Positions 1 through 12,934 of a DNA stretch of 64,000 nucleotides are shown here, piece by piece. The notes below the pieces were generated by a model that worked only from the letters and a program-made list of their open reading frames with translations, searched no databases and had not been told where the DNA came from. Each line of letters opens with the position of its first letter. Position 1 is the stretch's first letter. A program made the translations under genes and the position numbers. This DNA comes from Hypanus sabinus (Eukaryota), in contig NC_082717.1 in assembly GCF_030144855.1 (NCBI RefSeq), forward strand, positions 3,720,001 through 3,784,000. Reading direction: 5' to 3'.

Positions 1-990
1 AATCTGACGTTTCAGTTCTATCATTTCTTCGTATTTTCAAAATCTGCCTTCTAGCCATTGTTGCTTTAAGTTGAGTGGCCAACAATTTACCTGACTTATC
101 TCCATGTATATAAAATTGACTTAGATTTCAAAAGTTGCTGCTCAATGGGAAAAGTCAAAAGCAGATCATGCTGTGTTTGAAGTTTCACCCTTATATAGAT
201 CTTCACTAGGTGTTACTTAATAAACTTTATCTATTTCTTTAATCCTGTTAGTAATCACTAAAAGCTTCACTTTAGTTTTCCTTCTTAAAGCTACTGAATG
301 TGAAATTATCTGTCCCCTGAGAAAAGATTTCATTGCATCCCAAATAACCAAATTTGACATACCTTCAGTTGTATTTAACTCAAAAATAGAGACATTTGCT
401 CTTTAATAAAACTTACAATTGCTGAATCATGCAGCAGTGTAGCATTAAATCTCCACTGAGTTGCATTCCGTATATTATCAGGGAACTTCAGTTTTAGTTT
501 CGTGGGTCATGATCCAAAAATACAATTGCATCATACGCACAGTCAGCAACAAAAGACACCAATCGTGTATCCAACAAAAAATAATCAATTCTTGAATATT
601 TATGATGTACATGTGAAAAAAAAAGAAAAATCCTTATCTCTAAGATGGAGAAATCTCCAAATATCGACCAAACCATATTCTAGTAAAAAATAATTAATGC
701 AGGACACAGCCTTAATTAGGGAGCCATGGATTGGTTGATGACCTATCAATTGACGGATTGACACTACATTTAAGGTCACCGCCCATGATCAACTTATATA
801 CATTTAAATTCGGTAATGCAGAGGATAAACTTTTTTAAAAAATTCAGTGCTACCTACATTAGGTGCGCGCGCACACACACACACCCTTTTGACCACAAAA
901 CAAACCAGTAACAATTAAGTATCATCCAATTTAATCAGTGACAGTATTAAAATGTACAAAAGGGATTTTAAAACTAATTAAAATATTTGG
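1..990 (-). mobile_element. L1-like LINE ORF2 fragment (APE endonuclease region), degenerate
   Basis: Minus-strand translation gives IMGGDL..VNPSIDRSS, FFSHVHHKYSRIDYFLL..DHDP and YIHGDKSGKLLATQLK, which are L1-type endonuclease/linker motifs; stops and frameshifts present. Confidence 0.85.
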
Positions 991-994
991 TCAT

Positions 995-3900
995 TTCGGG
1001 TTGGATTTGGTGTTTGGTGTGGGGATTTGGGATTGGGGTTGGATTTAGGGTTTAGTGTGGGGATTTGGGATTGGGGTTGGATTTGGGGTTTAGTGTGGGG
1101 ATTTGGGATTGGGGTTGGATTTAGGGTTTAGTGTGGGGATTTGGGATTGGGGTTGGATTTGGTGTTTAGTGTGGGGATCTGGGATTGGGGTTGGATTTGG
1201 TGTTTAGTGTGGGGATTTGGGACTGGGGTTGGATTTGGTGTTTAGTGTGGGGATCTGGGATTGGGGTTGGATTTGGTGTTTAGTGTGGGGATCTGGGATT
1301 GGGGTTGGATTTGGTGTTTAGTGCGGGGATCTGGGATTGGGGTTGGATTTGCAGTTTAGTGCGGGGATCTGGGATTGGGGTTGGATTTGCAGTTTAGTGT
1401 GGGGATCTGGGATTGGGGTTGGATTTGGGGTTTAGTGTGGGGATTTGGGATTGGGGTTGGTTTTGGGGTTGGATTTGGGGTTTAGTGTGGGGATTTGGGA
1501 CTGGGGTTGGATTTGGGGTTTAGTGTGGGGATTTGGGATTGGGGTTGGATTTGGGGTTTAGTGTGGGGATTTGGATTGGGGTTGGATTTGGGGTTTAGTG
1601 TGGGGATTTGGGATTGGGGTTGGATTTGGGGTTTAGTGTGGGGATCTGGGATTGGGGTTGGATTTGGTGTTTAGTGGGGATTTGGGATTGGGGTTGGATT
1701 TGGGGTTTAGTGTGGGGATTTGGATTGGGGTTGGATTTGGGGTTTAGTGTGGGGATTTGGGATTGGGGTTGGATTTGGGGTTTAGTGTGGGGATCTGGGA
1801 TTGGGGTTGGATTTGGGGTTTAGTGTGGGGATTTGGGATTGGGGTTGGATTTGGGGTTTAGTGTGGGATTTGGGATTGGGGTTGGATTTGGGGTTTAGTG
1901 TGGGGATTTGGGATTGGGGTTGGATTTGGGGTTTAGTGTGGGGATTTGGGATTGGGGTTGGTTTTGGGGTTGGATCTGGGGTTTAGTGTGGGGATTTGGG
2001 ACTGGGGTTGGATTTGGGGTTTAGTGTGGGGATTTGGGATTGGGGTTGGATTTGGGGTTTAGTGTGGGGATTTGGTGTTGAGGTTGGATTTGGGGTTTAG
2101 TGTGGGGATTTGGGATTGGGGTTGGTTTTGGGGTTGGATTTGGGGTTTAGTGTGGGGATTTGGGACTGGGGTTGGATTTGGTGTTTAGTGTGGGGATTTG
2201 GGATTGGGGTTGGATTTGGGGTTTAGTGTGGGATTTGGGATTGGGGTTGGATTTGGGGTTTAGTGTGGGGATTTGGGACTGGGGTTGGATTTGGTGTTTA
2301 GTGTGGGGATCTGGGATTGGGGTTGGATTTGGTGTTTAGTGTGGGATTTGGGATTGGGGTTGGATTTGGGGTTTAGTGTGGGGATTTGGGATTGGGGTTG
2401 ATTTTGGGGTTGGATTTGGGGTTTAGTGTGGGGGATTGGGGTTGGATTTGGGGTTTAGTGTGGGGATTTGGGATTGGGGTTGGATTTGGGGTTTAGTGTG
2501 GGATTTGGGATTGGGGTTGGATTTGGGGTTTAGTGTGGGATTTGGGATTGGGGTTGGATTTGGGGTTTAGTGTGGGGATTTGGGATTGGGGTTGGTTTTG
2601 GGGTTGGATTTGGGGTTTAGTGTGGGGATTTGGGACTGGGGTTGGATTTGGGGTTTAGTGTGGGGATTTGGGATTGGGGTTGGATTTGGGGTTTAGTGTG
2701 GGGATTTGGTGTTGAGGTTGGATTTGGGGTTTAGTGTGGGGATTTGGGATTGGGGTTGGTTTTGGAGTTGGATTTGGGGTTTAGTGTGGGGATTTGGGAC
2801 TGGGGTTGGATTTGGTGTTTAGTGTGGGGATTTGGGATTGGGGTTGGATTTGGGGTTTAGTGTGGGGATTTGGGACTGGGGTTGGATTTGGGGTTTAGTG
2901 TGGGGATTGGGGTTGGTTTTGGGGTTGGATTTGGGGTTTAGTGTGGGGATTTGGGATTGGGTTGGTGTTTAGTGTGGGGATCTGGGATTGGGGTTGGATT
3001 TGGTGTTTAGTGTGGGATTTGGGATTGGGGTTGGATTTGGGGTTTAGTGTGGGGATTTGGGATTGGGGTTGGTTTTGGGGTTGGATTTGGGGTTTAGTGT
3101 GGGGATTTGGGATTGTGGTTGGTTTTGGGGTTGGATTTGGGGTTTAGTGTGGGGGATTGGGGTTGGATTTGGGGTTTAGTGGGGATTTGGGATTGGGGTT
3201 GGATTTGGGGTTTAGTGTGGGATTTGGGATTGGGGTTGGATTTGGGGTTTAGTGTGAGATTTGGGATTGGGGTTGGATTTGGGGTTTAGTGTGGGGATTT
3301 GGGATTGGGGTTGGATTAGGGGTTTAGTGTGGGGATTTGGGATTCGGGTTGGATTTGGTGTTTGGTGTGGGGATTTGGGACTGGGGTTGGATTTGGTGTT
3401 TAGTGTGGGGATTTGGATTGGGGTTGGATTTGGGGTTTAGTGTGGGGATTTGGGACTGGGGTTGGATTGAGGTTTAGTGTGGGGATTTGGGATTGGGGTT
3501 GGATTTGGTGTTTAGTGCGGGGATCTGAGATTGGGGTTGGATTTGGTGTTTGGTGTGGGGATCTGGGATTGGGGTTGGATTTGGGGTTTAGTGTGGGGAT
3601 TTGGGATTCGGGTTGGATTTGGGGTTTAGTGTGGGGATTTGGGATTGGGGTTGGATTTGGTGTTTAGTGCGGGGATCTGAGATTGGGGTTGGATTTGGTG
3701 TTTGGTGTGGGGATCTGGGATTGGGGTTGGATTTGGGGTTTAGTGTGGGGATTTGGGATTCGGGTTGGATTTGGGGTTTAGTGTGGGGATTTGGGATTGG
3801 GGTTGGATTTGGTGTTTGGTGTGGGGATCTGGGATTGGGGTTGGATTTGGGGTTTAGTGTGAGGATTTGGGATTGGGGTTGGATTTGGTGTTTGGTGTGG

Positions 3901-4004
3901 GGATCTGGGATTGGGGTTGGATTTGGTGTTTGGTGTGGGGATTTGGGATTGGGGTTGTATTCGGGGTTTAGTGTGGGGGATTGGGGTTGGATTCGGGGTT
4001 GGGA
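995..4004. repeat. G/T-rich minisatellite, ~38-bp unit (TTGGGGTTGGATTTGGGGTTTAGTGTGGGGATTTGGGA), ~79 copies
   Basis: Unit read directly; three GGGG runs and one GGG run per unit; explains the low-complexity ORFs between 1608 and 4091. Confidence 0.97.
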
Positions 4005-4067
4005 GTTAAGTTTAGAAATGAGGTCCAGCATTTCAGTTATGGTTCCTATTGTGTTTCTGCCCAACAG

Positions 4068-4317
4068 CCATGGTGACTCTGAGCACAGCAATGGGGAGGA
4101 AGACTTCTACTACACTGAGATTCAGGCAGGAGCGGAACGGTGCTCAGAGAGTCCAGGAGTTCCTCGCTGTGCATCGTCATTCCCTGGTCCACGGTTCACC
4201 GAGGCAGTCGGACCGCAGCAACTCAGTGCACCAGATGTCGCAGCCCCCACCACACCCACTTTGAGCCGGTCTGCGCCCAGCTGCCTGAGGCAGGTCTGTG
4301 TGGACCACACATTCCAG
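4068..4317 (+). CDS. ZNF395: ZNF395/ZNF704/SLC2A4RG-family internal exon (HGDSEHSNGEEDFYYTEI...LSRSAPSCLRQVCVDHTFQ)
   Basis: Acceptor tttctgcccaacag, donor cag|gtagga; family motifs GEEDFYYTE, LS(R/K)SAP and DH(A/T)(Y/F)Q; phase 2 to 0. Orthology within the family is tentative. Confidence 0.85.
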
Positions 4318-4489
4318 GTAGGACCAGGAACGTCGAGCAGATCTCCCTTGTCTACTGATTGTCCATCAGCAGCAACTCTTGACCACATAGACCTGGGTGG
4401 TGCATGCAATGGTGGCTCCAGGTCCACGTATCAAACACAGAGCCCAGACTCTCTGTATCAATTGGAGATCCCAGAGACCTGTGTATTGA

Positions 4490-4890
4490 TTAGAGGAAGG
4501 CTTTTCTCCTTGGAGCGATGGAGGATGAGAGGTGGCCTGATAGAGGTGTATAAGATGATGAGAGGCATTGATCATGTGGATAGTCAGAGGCTTTTTCCCA
4601 GGGCTGAAACGGTTGCCACAAGAGGACACAGGTTTAAGGTGCTGGGGAGTAGGTACAGAGGAGATGTCAGGGGTAAGATTTTTACTCAGAGAGTGGTGAG
4701 TGTGTAGAATGGGCTGCCGGAAACGGTGGTGGAGGTGGATACAATAGGGTCTTTTAAGAGACCTTTAGATAGGTACATGGAGCTTAGAAAAATTAGGCTA
4801 TTGGTAAGCCTAATAATTTCTAAGGTTGGGACATGTCCAGCACAACTTTGTGGGCCAAAGGGCCTGTATTGTGCCGTAGGTTTTCTATGT
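4490..4890 (+). mobile_element. CR1 LINE 3' fragment
   Basis: FSLERWRMRGGLIEVYKMMRG...TRGHRFKV...FTQRVV followed by a (TTCTATGT)-like tail. Confidence 0.85.
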
Positions 4891-6015
4891 TTCTATGTGT
4901 GTGCTCTGAAAGGTTGGATAAACTTGGAGCAGTGGAGGCTGAGGGGACATCTGATAGAGGTTTATCAGATTATGAGAGGCATTGTTGAGGTAGACAAGCT
5001 CATAGAGTTATAGAGGGGTACAAAGCAGAACCAGACCACGTCAGCCTGATCTCTTGACCAGTCCCATTGACCCGCACCCAGACCAGACCATCCATACCCC
5101 TCCCATCCATGTACCTATCCAAACTTCTCTTAAACGTTGCAATCAAACCCACATCCACACTTCCTCTGGCAGCTCATTCCACACTCTCACCACCACTGAG
5201 GGAAAAGGTCCCCCTCATGTTCCCCTTAAACATTTCACCTTTCACCCTTAACCCATGACCTCCAGTTCAGTCTCACTACCTCAGAAGGGAAAACCTCCTT
5301 GCATTTACCCTATCTGTACCCCTCCTAAAATCTCCCTCCCAACCTTGTCAACTTCCCCAGGGTAGAAATGGCAATTCTTCGGGGTGTTTATTGAAGATGA
5401 GGAAGAGTAGCAGAAAGAAGGTGTGTGGGTAGATTTTCTTTGACCCGCAGTGGTTTCTGCTGGAACAGACTGCTGGGGCAGTGGTGGAGGCAGAGAGGGC
5501 AGTGCTGTTTAGGAGGTTTTTAGATAGACGTATGTACAGGGAGGGAATGGAGGGATATGGACCATGTGCAGGCAGACAGTTTGTTTAATTGGGCATCATT
5601 GTTGGCATGGACAGGATAGGCTGAAGGCCCTCTGTACTATCCTGATCTGGACTAGACAATAAGACATATCAGCAGAATTCATCTCATTGAGTCTGTTCTA
5701 CCTTTCCTTCATGGCTGATGTATTATTCCTCTCCAAACCATTCTTTCCATGAACTTTGACACCCTGACTAATCAAGAACCCACGAACCTCTGCTTTGAAT
5801 ATACCTTGGTTTCCTCAGCCGCCTGTGGCAATGAATTCCACAGATCCACCCCCTGTGGCTAAAGAAATTGCTCCTCATCTCTGTTGCTAATGGACGTCCC
5901 TCTGTCCTATGGTCGATTGATCCTATGGCCTGTGTATCGAGTGGAGACCTCGGAATGAGGTTTCATGTGGTCTCTGATCTGGCCAACAATGTGATCGACT
6001 CTCTTTCATTCCCAG

Positions 6016-6134
6016 GTTTCTCCGGAGTCCAGCTGCAGCTTCACACTTGTAAATTTGTCTAGTCCGCCACAGGTGGCTCTGCTCAAACCACGCATCGTAT
6101 TTGCGTCCACGCCAGCAATACTCCATGGAGGAAA
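6016..6134 (+). CDS. ZNF395: ZNF395-like penultimate coding exon (VSPESSCSFTLVNLSSPPQVALLKPRIVFASTPAILHGG)
   Basis: Acceptor ctctttcattcccag, donor aa|gtaagt; open frame; phase 0 to 2 matches both neighbouring exons. Confidence 0.65.
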
Positions 6135-6300
6135 GTAAGTGATGGAAGGGTAGTTGTATAAGTAATTGGTGAGGCCACGATTCAAGTTCAAATGTTCGAA
6201 GGTTCATTTATTGTCAAAGCACGTATCCATTACAACTCTGAGATTTGTCTTCTCCAGATAGTCACAAAACAAAGAGAGAGTCATTCAGAGAGAAACATCA

Positions 6301-6645
6301 AACCCACCCCATCTCAATTATCAACCCCCCCAAAGCCCCCCTCAAACCCACCCCCATCTCAATCATCAAACCCCCTCAAACCCACCCCATCTCAATCATC
6401 AAACCCCCCAAAACCCACACCCATCTCAATCATCAACTCCCCAAACCCCCCTCAAACCCACCCCATCTCAATCATCAACCCCCCCAAACCCCCCTCAAAC
6501 CCACCCCATCTCAATCATCAAACCCCCCAAAACCCCACCCCATCTCAATCATCAACCCCCCCAAACCCCCCTCAAACCCACCCCATCTCAATCATCAACC
6601 CCCCCAAACCCACCCCATCTCAATCATCAACCCCCCCAAACCCCC
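6301..6645. repeat. C-rich minisatellite built on CCCATCTCAATCATCAACCCCCCAAA variants
   Basis: Repeated core read directly; explains the P/Q/S-rich ORFs 6192-6698 and 6245-6670. Confidence 0.9.
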
Positions 6646-7039
6646 CTCCTCCTGCACAAAATGGTACTAGAAAGACAACCCCTCCCCCGCACAAATAAAC
6701 TAACAGAGCAGAGCAGACCGCCCTCCCCTCGCTCGACAAAGCGGAAAAGGAACGGGTGATAAACACAGAATGTAAAGACCATAAGCCTGGAAACGCCCAC
6801 AGTCCGTAGACGATGGATACCGTCCTCCAATATCCCCGACAGAGAGGAATGGCACAGGAGCCAGAGAGTCCAGCTACAGCAGCAATAGGCCGCTCTGAGA
6901 TTCCTTCTCCGGCAGCGGTCAGACGGAAGGCAGTCAACACTGAACTCTCACTCGCCTCGATGTCTCAATCTCCCTCAACACTCTAATTGGCGAAATGGAG
7001 TCAAACATTGGCTCAAGTCTACTGTCATTTAACCATACA

Positions 7040-7510
7040 CGTGTATACAGCTAAATGAAATGGTTCCTCGGGGGCCAGGCTGTGAAACAGTCACACACAC
7101 CACAGACACTGTGGTTACGATCTTGCTCGCGATAATGTTAGCACAAGCCCCTGGGCAACGTGACCTGAGGATTGACAGGTTGGTAGAAAGTATGAGGTGT
7201 GTGTTTGTGAGAAACAGGATAATGTCGCTGACGCTGTTATAATAAACCAAGCAGACACATAAAGATGTGAAGTGTTAAGATGATAAGTGACCAGAGCGGG
7301 CTGAGACTGTGTCTGTGAGTTGGTGGCAGGGGTAGATTGGGTGGCAGGAGAGTGTTAACAAGTTTAACAGCCTGGGGAAGAAGCTGTTACTCAGCCCGTT
7401 AGTTCTGGTTCTTACACCCTCTGCCTGATGTCAGGAGGGCAAAGAGGTTGTGGGAAGGATGGTGGGGTCTTTGACAATACTGGAGTACTGCATATACAGC
7501 ACTTCTGGTG
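7040..7510 (-). mobile_element. Rex1/Babar-like LINE 3' fragment
   Basis: Reverse complement encodes the degenerate IVKDP..PSHNLFALL..SFFPQAVKLLN type C-terminus. Confidence 0.65.
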
Positions 7511-8330
7511 TACAGAGTCTATAAAAAGAATTCACCCCCTTCGAAGTTTTCATGTTTTATTGTTTTACAACATTGAATCACAGCGGATTTAATTTGGCTT
7601 TTTTGACACTGATCAACAGGAAAAGACTCATGTCAAAGTGAAAACAGATCTCTACGAAGTGATCTCAATTTATTACAAATATAAAATGAAGGATAATTGA
7701 TTGCATAATTACTCACCCCCTTCAAGTTAGTATTCAGTAGATGCTCCTTTGGCAGCAATTACAGCCTTGAGTCTGTGTGGGTAGGTTGCTATCAGCTCTG
7801 TACATCTGAACACATTTCCCCCCATTCCTCTTTACAAAACTGCTCGAGCCCAATCAGATTGCATGGCGATTGTGAGTGAACAGTCCTTTTCCAGTCCAGC
7901 CACAAATTCTCATTTGGTTTGAGCTCTGAACTTTGACTTGGGCAGTCTAGGACATTAACTTTGTTTTTAAGCCATTCCTCTGTGGCTTTGGCTTTATGCT
8001 TGGGGTCATTGTCTTGCTGGAAAACAAATCTTCTCCGAAGTTGCAGTTCTCTTTCAGACTGCATCAGGTTTTCCTTCAGGGATTTCCCTGGATTTTGCTG
8101 CATTCATTTTACCCTCTACCTTCACAACCCTTCCAGGGCCTGCTGCAGTGAAGCATCCCCACAGCATGATGTAGCCACCACCGTGCTTCACGGTAGGGAT
8201 GGTGTGTGTTTGATGATGTGCGGTGTTTGTCTTACACCAAGCATTGCGCTTATTCTGATGGCCAAAAACTCAATTTTGGTTTCATCAGGCCATAGAACCT
8301 TCTTCCAGCTGATTTCAGAGTCTCCCACAT

Positions 8331-11300
8331 TCTTCTTTTAAATTGGAGCAAGTGGCTGAGAATGAAGGAGTAAGGAATCTCGGAGAGAAGCCATTTTTTT
8401 TACACTGCTCAGGAAGAAGAGGCTAGACTGCGCAGGCGCGTGACGTAGGGCGCCAAAGGTCTAAAAAGGCGACCACCATATCCAGCGGGCAGCGGAGTGA
8501 GAGGGAGCAGAGTGGGACGGCTTTGGCTCAACAGGGTTAGAGTTTGTAAAATGTGTTCAGATAAGTTTTCTAAATCAATATATAGAGATACCAACTAGAG
8601 AGGATGCAATATTAGATCTCCTATTAGGAAATGAGTTAGGACAGGTGACAGAAGTGTGTGTAGGGGAATTCTTTGGTTTCAGTGATTATAACACCACTAG
8701 TTTCAACTTGATCTTGGATAAAAATAGATCTGGTCCTTTTTCCTAAACTGGAAAAAGATCAAATTTGAAGAAATGAGAAAGGATCTAAAAAGCATGGATT
8801 GGGACAGGTTGTTCTCTGGCAAGGATGTGATTGGTAAGTGGGAGGCCTTCAAAGGAGAAATTTTGAGAGTGCAGAGTTTGTATGTTCCTGTCAGGATTAA
8901 AGGCAAAGTGAATAAGAATAAGGAACCTTGGTACTCGAGGGATATTGGAACTCTGATAAGGAAGAAGAGAGAGATGTATAACATGTATAGGCAACAGGGA
9001 GCAAATAAGGTTCTTGAGGAGTATAAAAAATGCAAAAATACTTAAGACAGAAATCAGGAGGGCTAAAAGAAGACATGAGGTTGCTTTGACAGTCAGGGTG
9101 AAGGATAATCCAAAGAGCTTCTACAGGGAAGTTAAGAGCAAAAGGATAGTAAGGGATAAAATTGGTCCTGTTGAAGATCAGAGTGGTCAGCTATGTATGG
9201 AACCAGAAGAAATGGGGGAGATTTTAAATGTTTTTTTGTATCTGTATTTACTAAGGAAACTGGCATGGAGTCAATGGAAATAAGGCAAACAGGTAGTGAG
9301 GTCAACATATACAGGTTGAAGAGGAGGATGTCTTGAGGCAAATCGGAGTAGATAAATGCCCAGGATCTGACAGAGTATTCCCTCGGACCTTGAAGGAGAC
9401 TAGTGTTGAAATTGCAGGGGCCCTTGCAGATATATTTAAAATGTCGATATCCATAGGACAGGTGCCAGAGGACTGGAGGATAGCTCATATTGTTCCGTTG
9501 TTTAAAAAATGCTCTAAAAGTAATCCGGGAAATTACAGGCCAGTAAGTTTGATGTTGGTAGTAGGTAAGTTATTGGAAGGAGTACTAAGAGATAGGGTCT
9601 ACAAGTACTTGAATGGACAGGGACTTATTAGGAAGAGTCAACGTGGCTTTGTGTGTAGTAGGTCATGTTTAACAAATCTATTAGAGTTTTTCGAGGAGGT
9701 TACAAGGAAAGTGGGTGAAGGGAAGGCAGTGGATGTTGTCTACATGGACTTCAGTAAGGCTTTAACATCTGCTGGATGATGCTGAGGATATTCTACAAGG
9801 CTGTGGTGGCCAGTGCTTTCATGTTTGCTGTTGTGTGCTGGACAGCAGGCTGAGGGTAGCAGACACCAACAAAATCAACAAACTCATTCGTAAGGCCAGT
9901 GATGTTGTGGGGGTGGAACTGGACTCTCTGACGGTGGTGTCTGAAAAGAGGATGCTGTCCAAGTTGCATGCCATCTTGGACAATGACTCCCATCCACTCC
10001 ATAATGTATTGGTTAGGCACAGGAGTACGTTCAGCCAGAGACTTATTCCACTGAGATGCAACACCGAGTGTCATAGGAAGTCATTCCTGCCTGTGGCCAT
10101 CAAACTTTACAACTCCTCCTTCAGAGTGTCAGACACCCTGAGCCAACAGGCTGGTCCTAGACTTATTTCCACTTGGCATGATCAACTTATTATCATTTAA
10201 TTATTTATGGTTTTATATTGCTATACTTCTACACTATTCTTGGTGGCTGTGGCTGTAACGAAACCCAATTTCCCTCGGGATCAATAAAGTATGTCTGTCT
10301 GTCTGTCTGTCTGTCATTGACAAGGTCCTGCATGGGAGGTTAGTTAGGAAGATTCAGTCGCTGGGTATACATGGAGAGGTAGTAAACTGGATTAGGCATT
10401 TGCTCAATGGGAGAAGCCAGAGAGTGGTAGTGGAGGATTGCTTCTCTGAGTGGAGGCCTGTGTCTAGTGGTGTGCTCCAGGGATCAGTGCTGGGTCCATT
10501 GTTATTTGTCATCTAGATCAATGATCTGGATAATAATGATAATAATGTGATCAGCAAATTTGCTGATGATACAAAGATTGGAGGTGTAGTGGACAGTGAG
10601 GAAGGTTTTCAAAGCTTGCAGAGGGATTTGGACCAGTTGGAGAAATGGACTGAAAAATGGCAGATGGAGTTTAATGTGGTCAAATGTGAGGTATTAAACT
10701 TCGGAAGGTCAAACCAAGGTAGAACATGCAAGGTAAATGGTAGGACACTGAGGAGTGCAGTAGAACAGAGGGATCTGGGAGGACAAATACATAATTCCCT
10801 AAAAGTGGCGTCACAAGTAGATAGGGTCATAAAGAGAGTTTTTGGTACATTGGCCTTTATAAACCAAAGTATTGAGTATAAGAGTTGAAATGTTATGGTG
10901 AGATTGTATAAGACAATGGTGAGGCTGAATTTGGAGTATTATGTGCAGCTTTGGTCACCAAATTACAGGAAGGATATTAATAAGGTTGAAAGAATGCAGC
11001 GAAGGTTTACAAGGATGTTGCCGGGACTTGAGAAACTGAGTTACAGAGAAGGGTTGAATAGGTTAAGACTTTATTCCCTGGAGTGTAGGAGAATGAGGGG
11101 AGATTTGATAGAGGTGGATAAAATTATGATGGATATAGATAGAGTGAATGCAAGCAGGCTTTTTCCACTGAGGCTAGGGGAGGAAAAAACCAGAGGTCAT
11201 GGGTTAAGGGCGAAGGGGAAAAAGTTTAAAGGGAACATGGGCAGAGGGGCTTCTTCACAGAGAATGGTGGGAGTGTGGAATGAGCTGCCAGATGAAGTGG

Positions 11301-11475
11301 TAAATGTGGGCTCACTTTTGACATTTAAGAAAAACTTGGACAGGTAGATGGATGAGAGGGGTTTGGAGGGATATGGTCCGGGTGCAGGTCAGTGGGACTA
11401 GGCAGAAAAATGGTTTGGCACAGCCAAGAAGGGCCGAAGGGCCTGTTTCTGTGCTGTAATGTTCTATGGTTCTAT
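8331..11475 (+). mobile_element. CR1 LINE with 5' UTR-like start, internal deletion, degenerate ORF2 and 3' tail
   Basis: RT motifs NYRPVSL, DVVYMDFSKA, QGSVLGP, KFADDTK; tail TTCTATGGTTCTAT; AT duplicated at the Tc1 junctions. Confidence 0.9.
9764..10316 (+). mobile_element. 5'-truncated Rex1/Babar-like LINE nested in the CR1
   Basis: ILDNDSHPLH...SFLPVAIKLYN, then AATAAA and a (TGTC)n tail; CR1 frame DFSKA|FDKV resumes after it. Confidence 0.8.
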
Positions 11476-12934
11476 ATGCCTTCTGGCACACTAGCTGAGA
11501 TTTCATGTGAGTTTGTTTCCAACAGTGGCTTTCTCCTTGCTGCTCTTCCTTAAATCTGCGACTGGCGAAGCACCCGGGTAACAGTTGTTGTTTGTACAGT
11601 CTCTCCCATCTCAGCACTGAGGCTTGTAACTCCTCCAGAGTTGGCATAAGTCTCTTGGCCTCCCTCACTAGTCCCCAGGTGTACCGCTGTGCCATATTCC
11701 TTCCACCTCTTGATGATCGATGTAACTGTTCTCCAAGGGATATTCAATGACTTGGAAGTATTCTTGTATCCATCTACTGACTCATGCTTTTCAATAACCT
11801 TTCCATGGAGTTGCTTGGAGTGTTCTTTTAACTTCATGGTGTAGTTTTTGCCAGAACACTGATTCATCAGCAGTTAGACCTTCCGGAAACCAGTGTATTT
11901 TTACTACAGTCAACTGAAACACCTCGACTGCACACAGGTCTCCAAAAATAGATCTCCATTTAACTAATCTTTTAAAACTAGTTGTCTGCACCAGTGATGA
12001 TTTGGTGTCATATTAAAGGGGATGAATACTTATGCAATCAGGTATTTTGTGTTTTATATTTGGAATTAATTTAGATCACTTTGTAAAGATCTGTTTTCAA
12101 TTTGACACAAAAGAGAAAAAGCCAAATTAAATCCCCTGTGATTCAATGTTGTAAAACAATAAAACATGAAAACTTCCAAGGGGGTGAGTACTTTTTCTAG
12201 GCAATGTATGATCTGTGTGGGGGTGGAAGGGGTGATACAGTGCATAGCTTTGGCCATCCTGTTGTCAGAAAATTGTGGTTCAACTGGAGAAAGAAGATTT
12301 ATGAGAATGCTGCCAAGACGACACGGAGGGAGTTAGGGGGTGTGGTTGGTCATCCTGAGTCCTTATTCCTTGGGATGTACGAGAATAAGGGGTGACCTTA
12401 GAGTTCACGACATTATACAGATAAGGTGAAAGTTTGCAGTCTTCTCTCCACAATAGAGGAGTCCAGAACTAGGAGATATAGGCTTACAGGGAGGGGGTTA
12501 AGATTTAAAAGGGACCTGAAGGACAACAATTTTTCACACACGGGGTGGTGAGGAGATGGAACGAGATGTCAGAGGGCAGGAGCAGATGGAATGAGATGTC
12601 AGAGGTATTGGTTGAGTCAGGTACAATAGTATCATTTGAGAAACATTGGGATAGGTACAAGGCGAAGGAAGGGTTTGGAGGGATGTGGGCTGAATGCAGG
12701 AAACTGGGACCAGCTGGTTGTACACCATGGCCAGCACGGAGTGGATGGGCTGGTGCTTGAGGACTCTGGGAGGGGTGAGTGGTCAGGTAACTGGACCTCA
12801 CACGCAAGGGAAGTATGGGTGGACTCCTGGGGTCATCAAGGTGTGTTGGAATGCAGCAGAGGCTCTTTGGCTCAGGATGTTGTGCCAACTTCTCACCGAC
12901 CAAGAGTAAATCCTGGCTTTCCTCTTGTTGGCAG

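Larger units (their letters stand above)
7513..12206 (-). mobile_element. Tc1-like DNA transposon, split by a CR1 insertion (Tc1 parts 7513-8330 and 11476-12206)
   Basis: Matching long TIRs (CAGAGTCTATAAAAAGAATTCACCCCC / CATTGCCTAGAAAAAGTACTCACCCCC) flanked by TA; transposase motifs FQQDNDPKH..WL and GYKNTSKSLNIPWRTVTSIIKRWKEYG. Confidence 0.92.

Noticed and set aside
995-4004. Interstitial telomere or Ig switch region
   Set aside because: No (TTAGGG)n run and no AGCT/WGCW enrichment; no Ig constant exon nearby
3601-4707. 368-aa ORF as a single gene
   Set aside because: Chimera of minisatellite, the real ZNF exon (4068-4317), intron and a CR1 fragment
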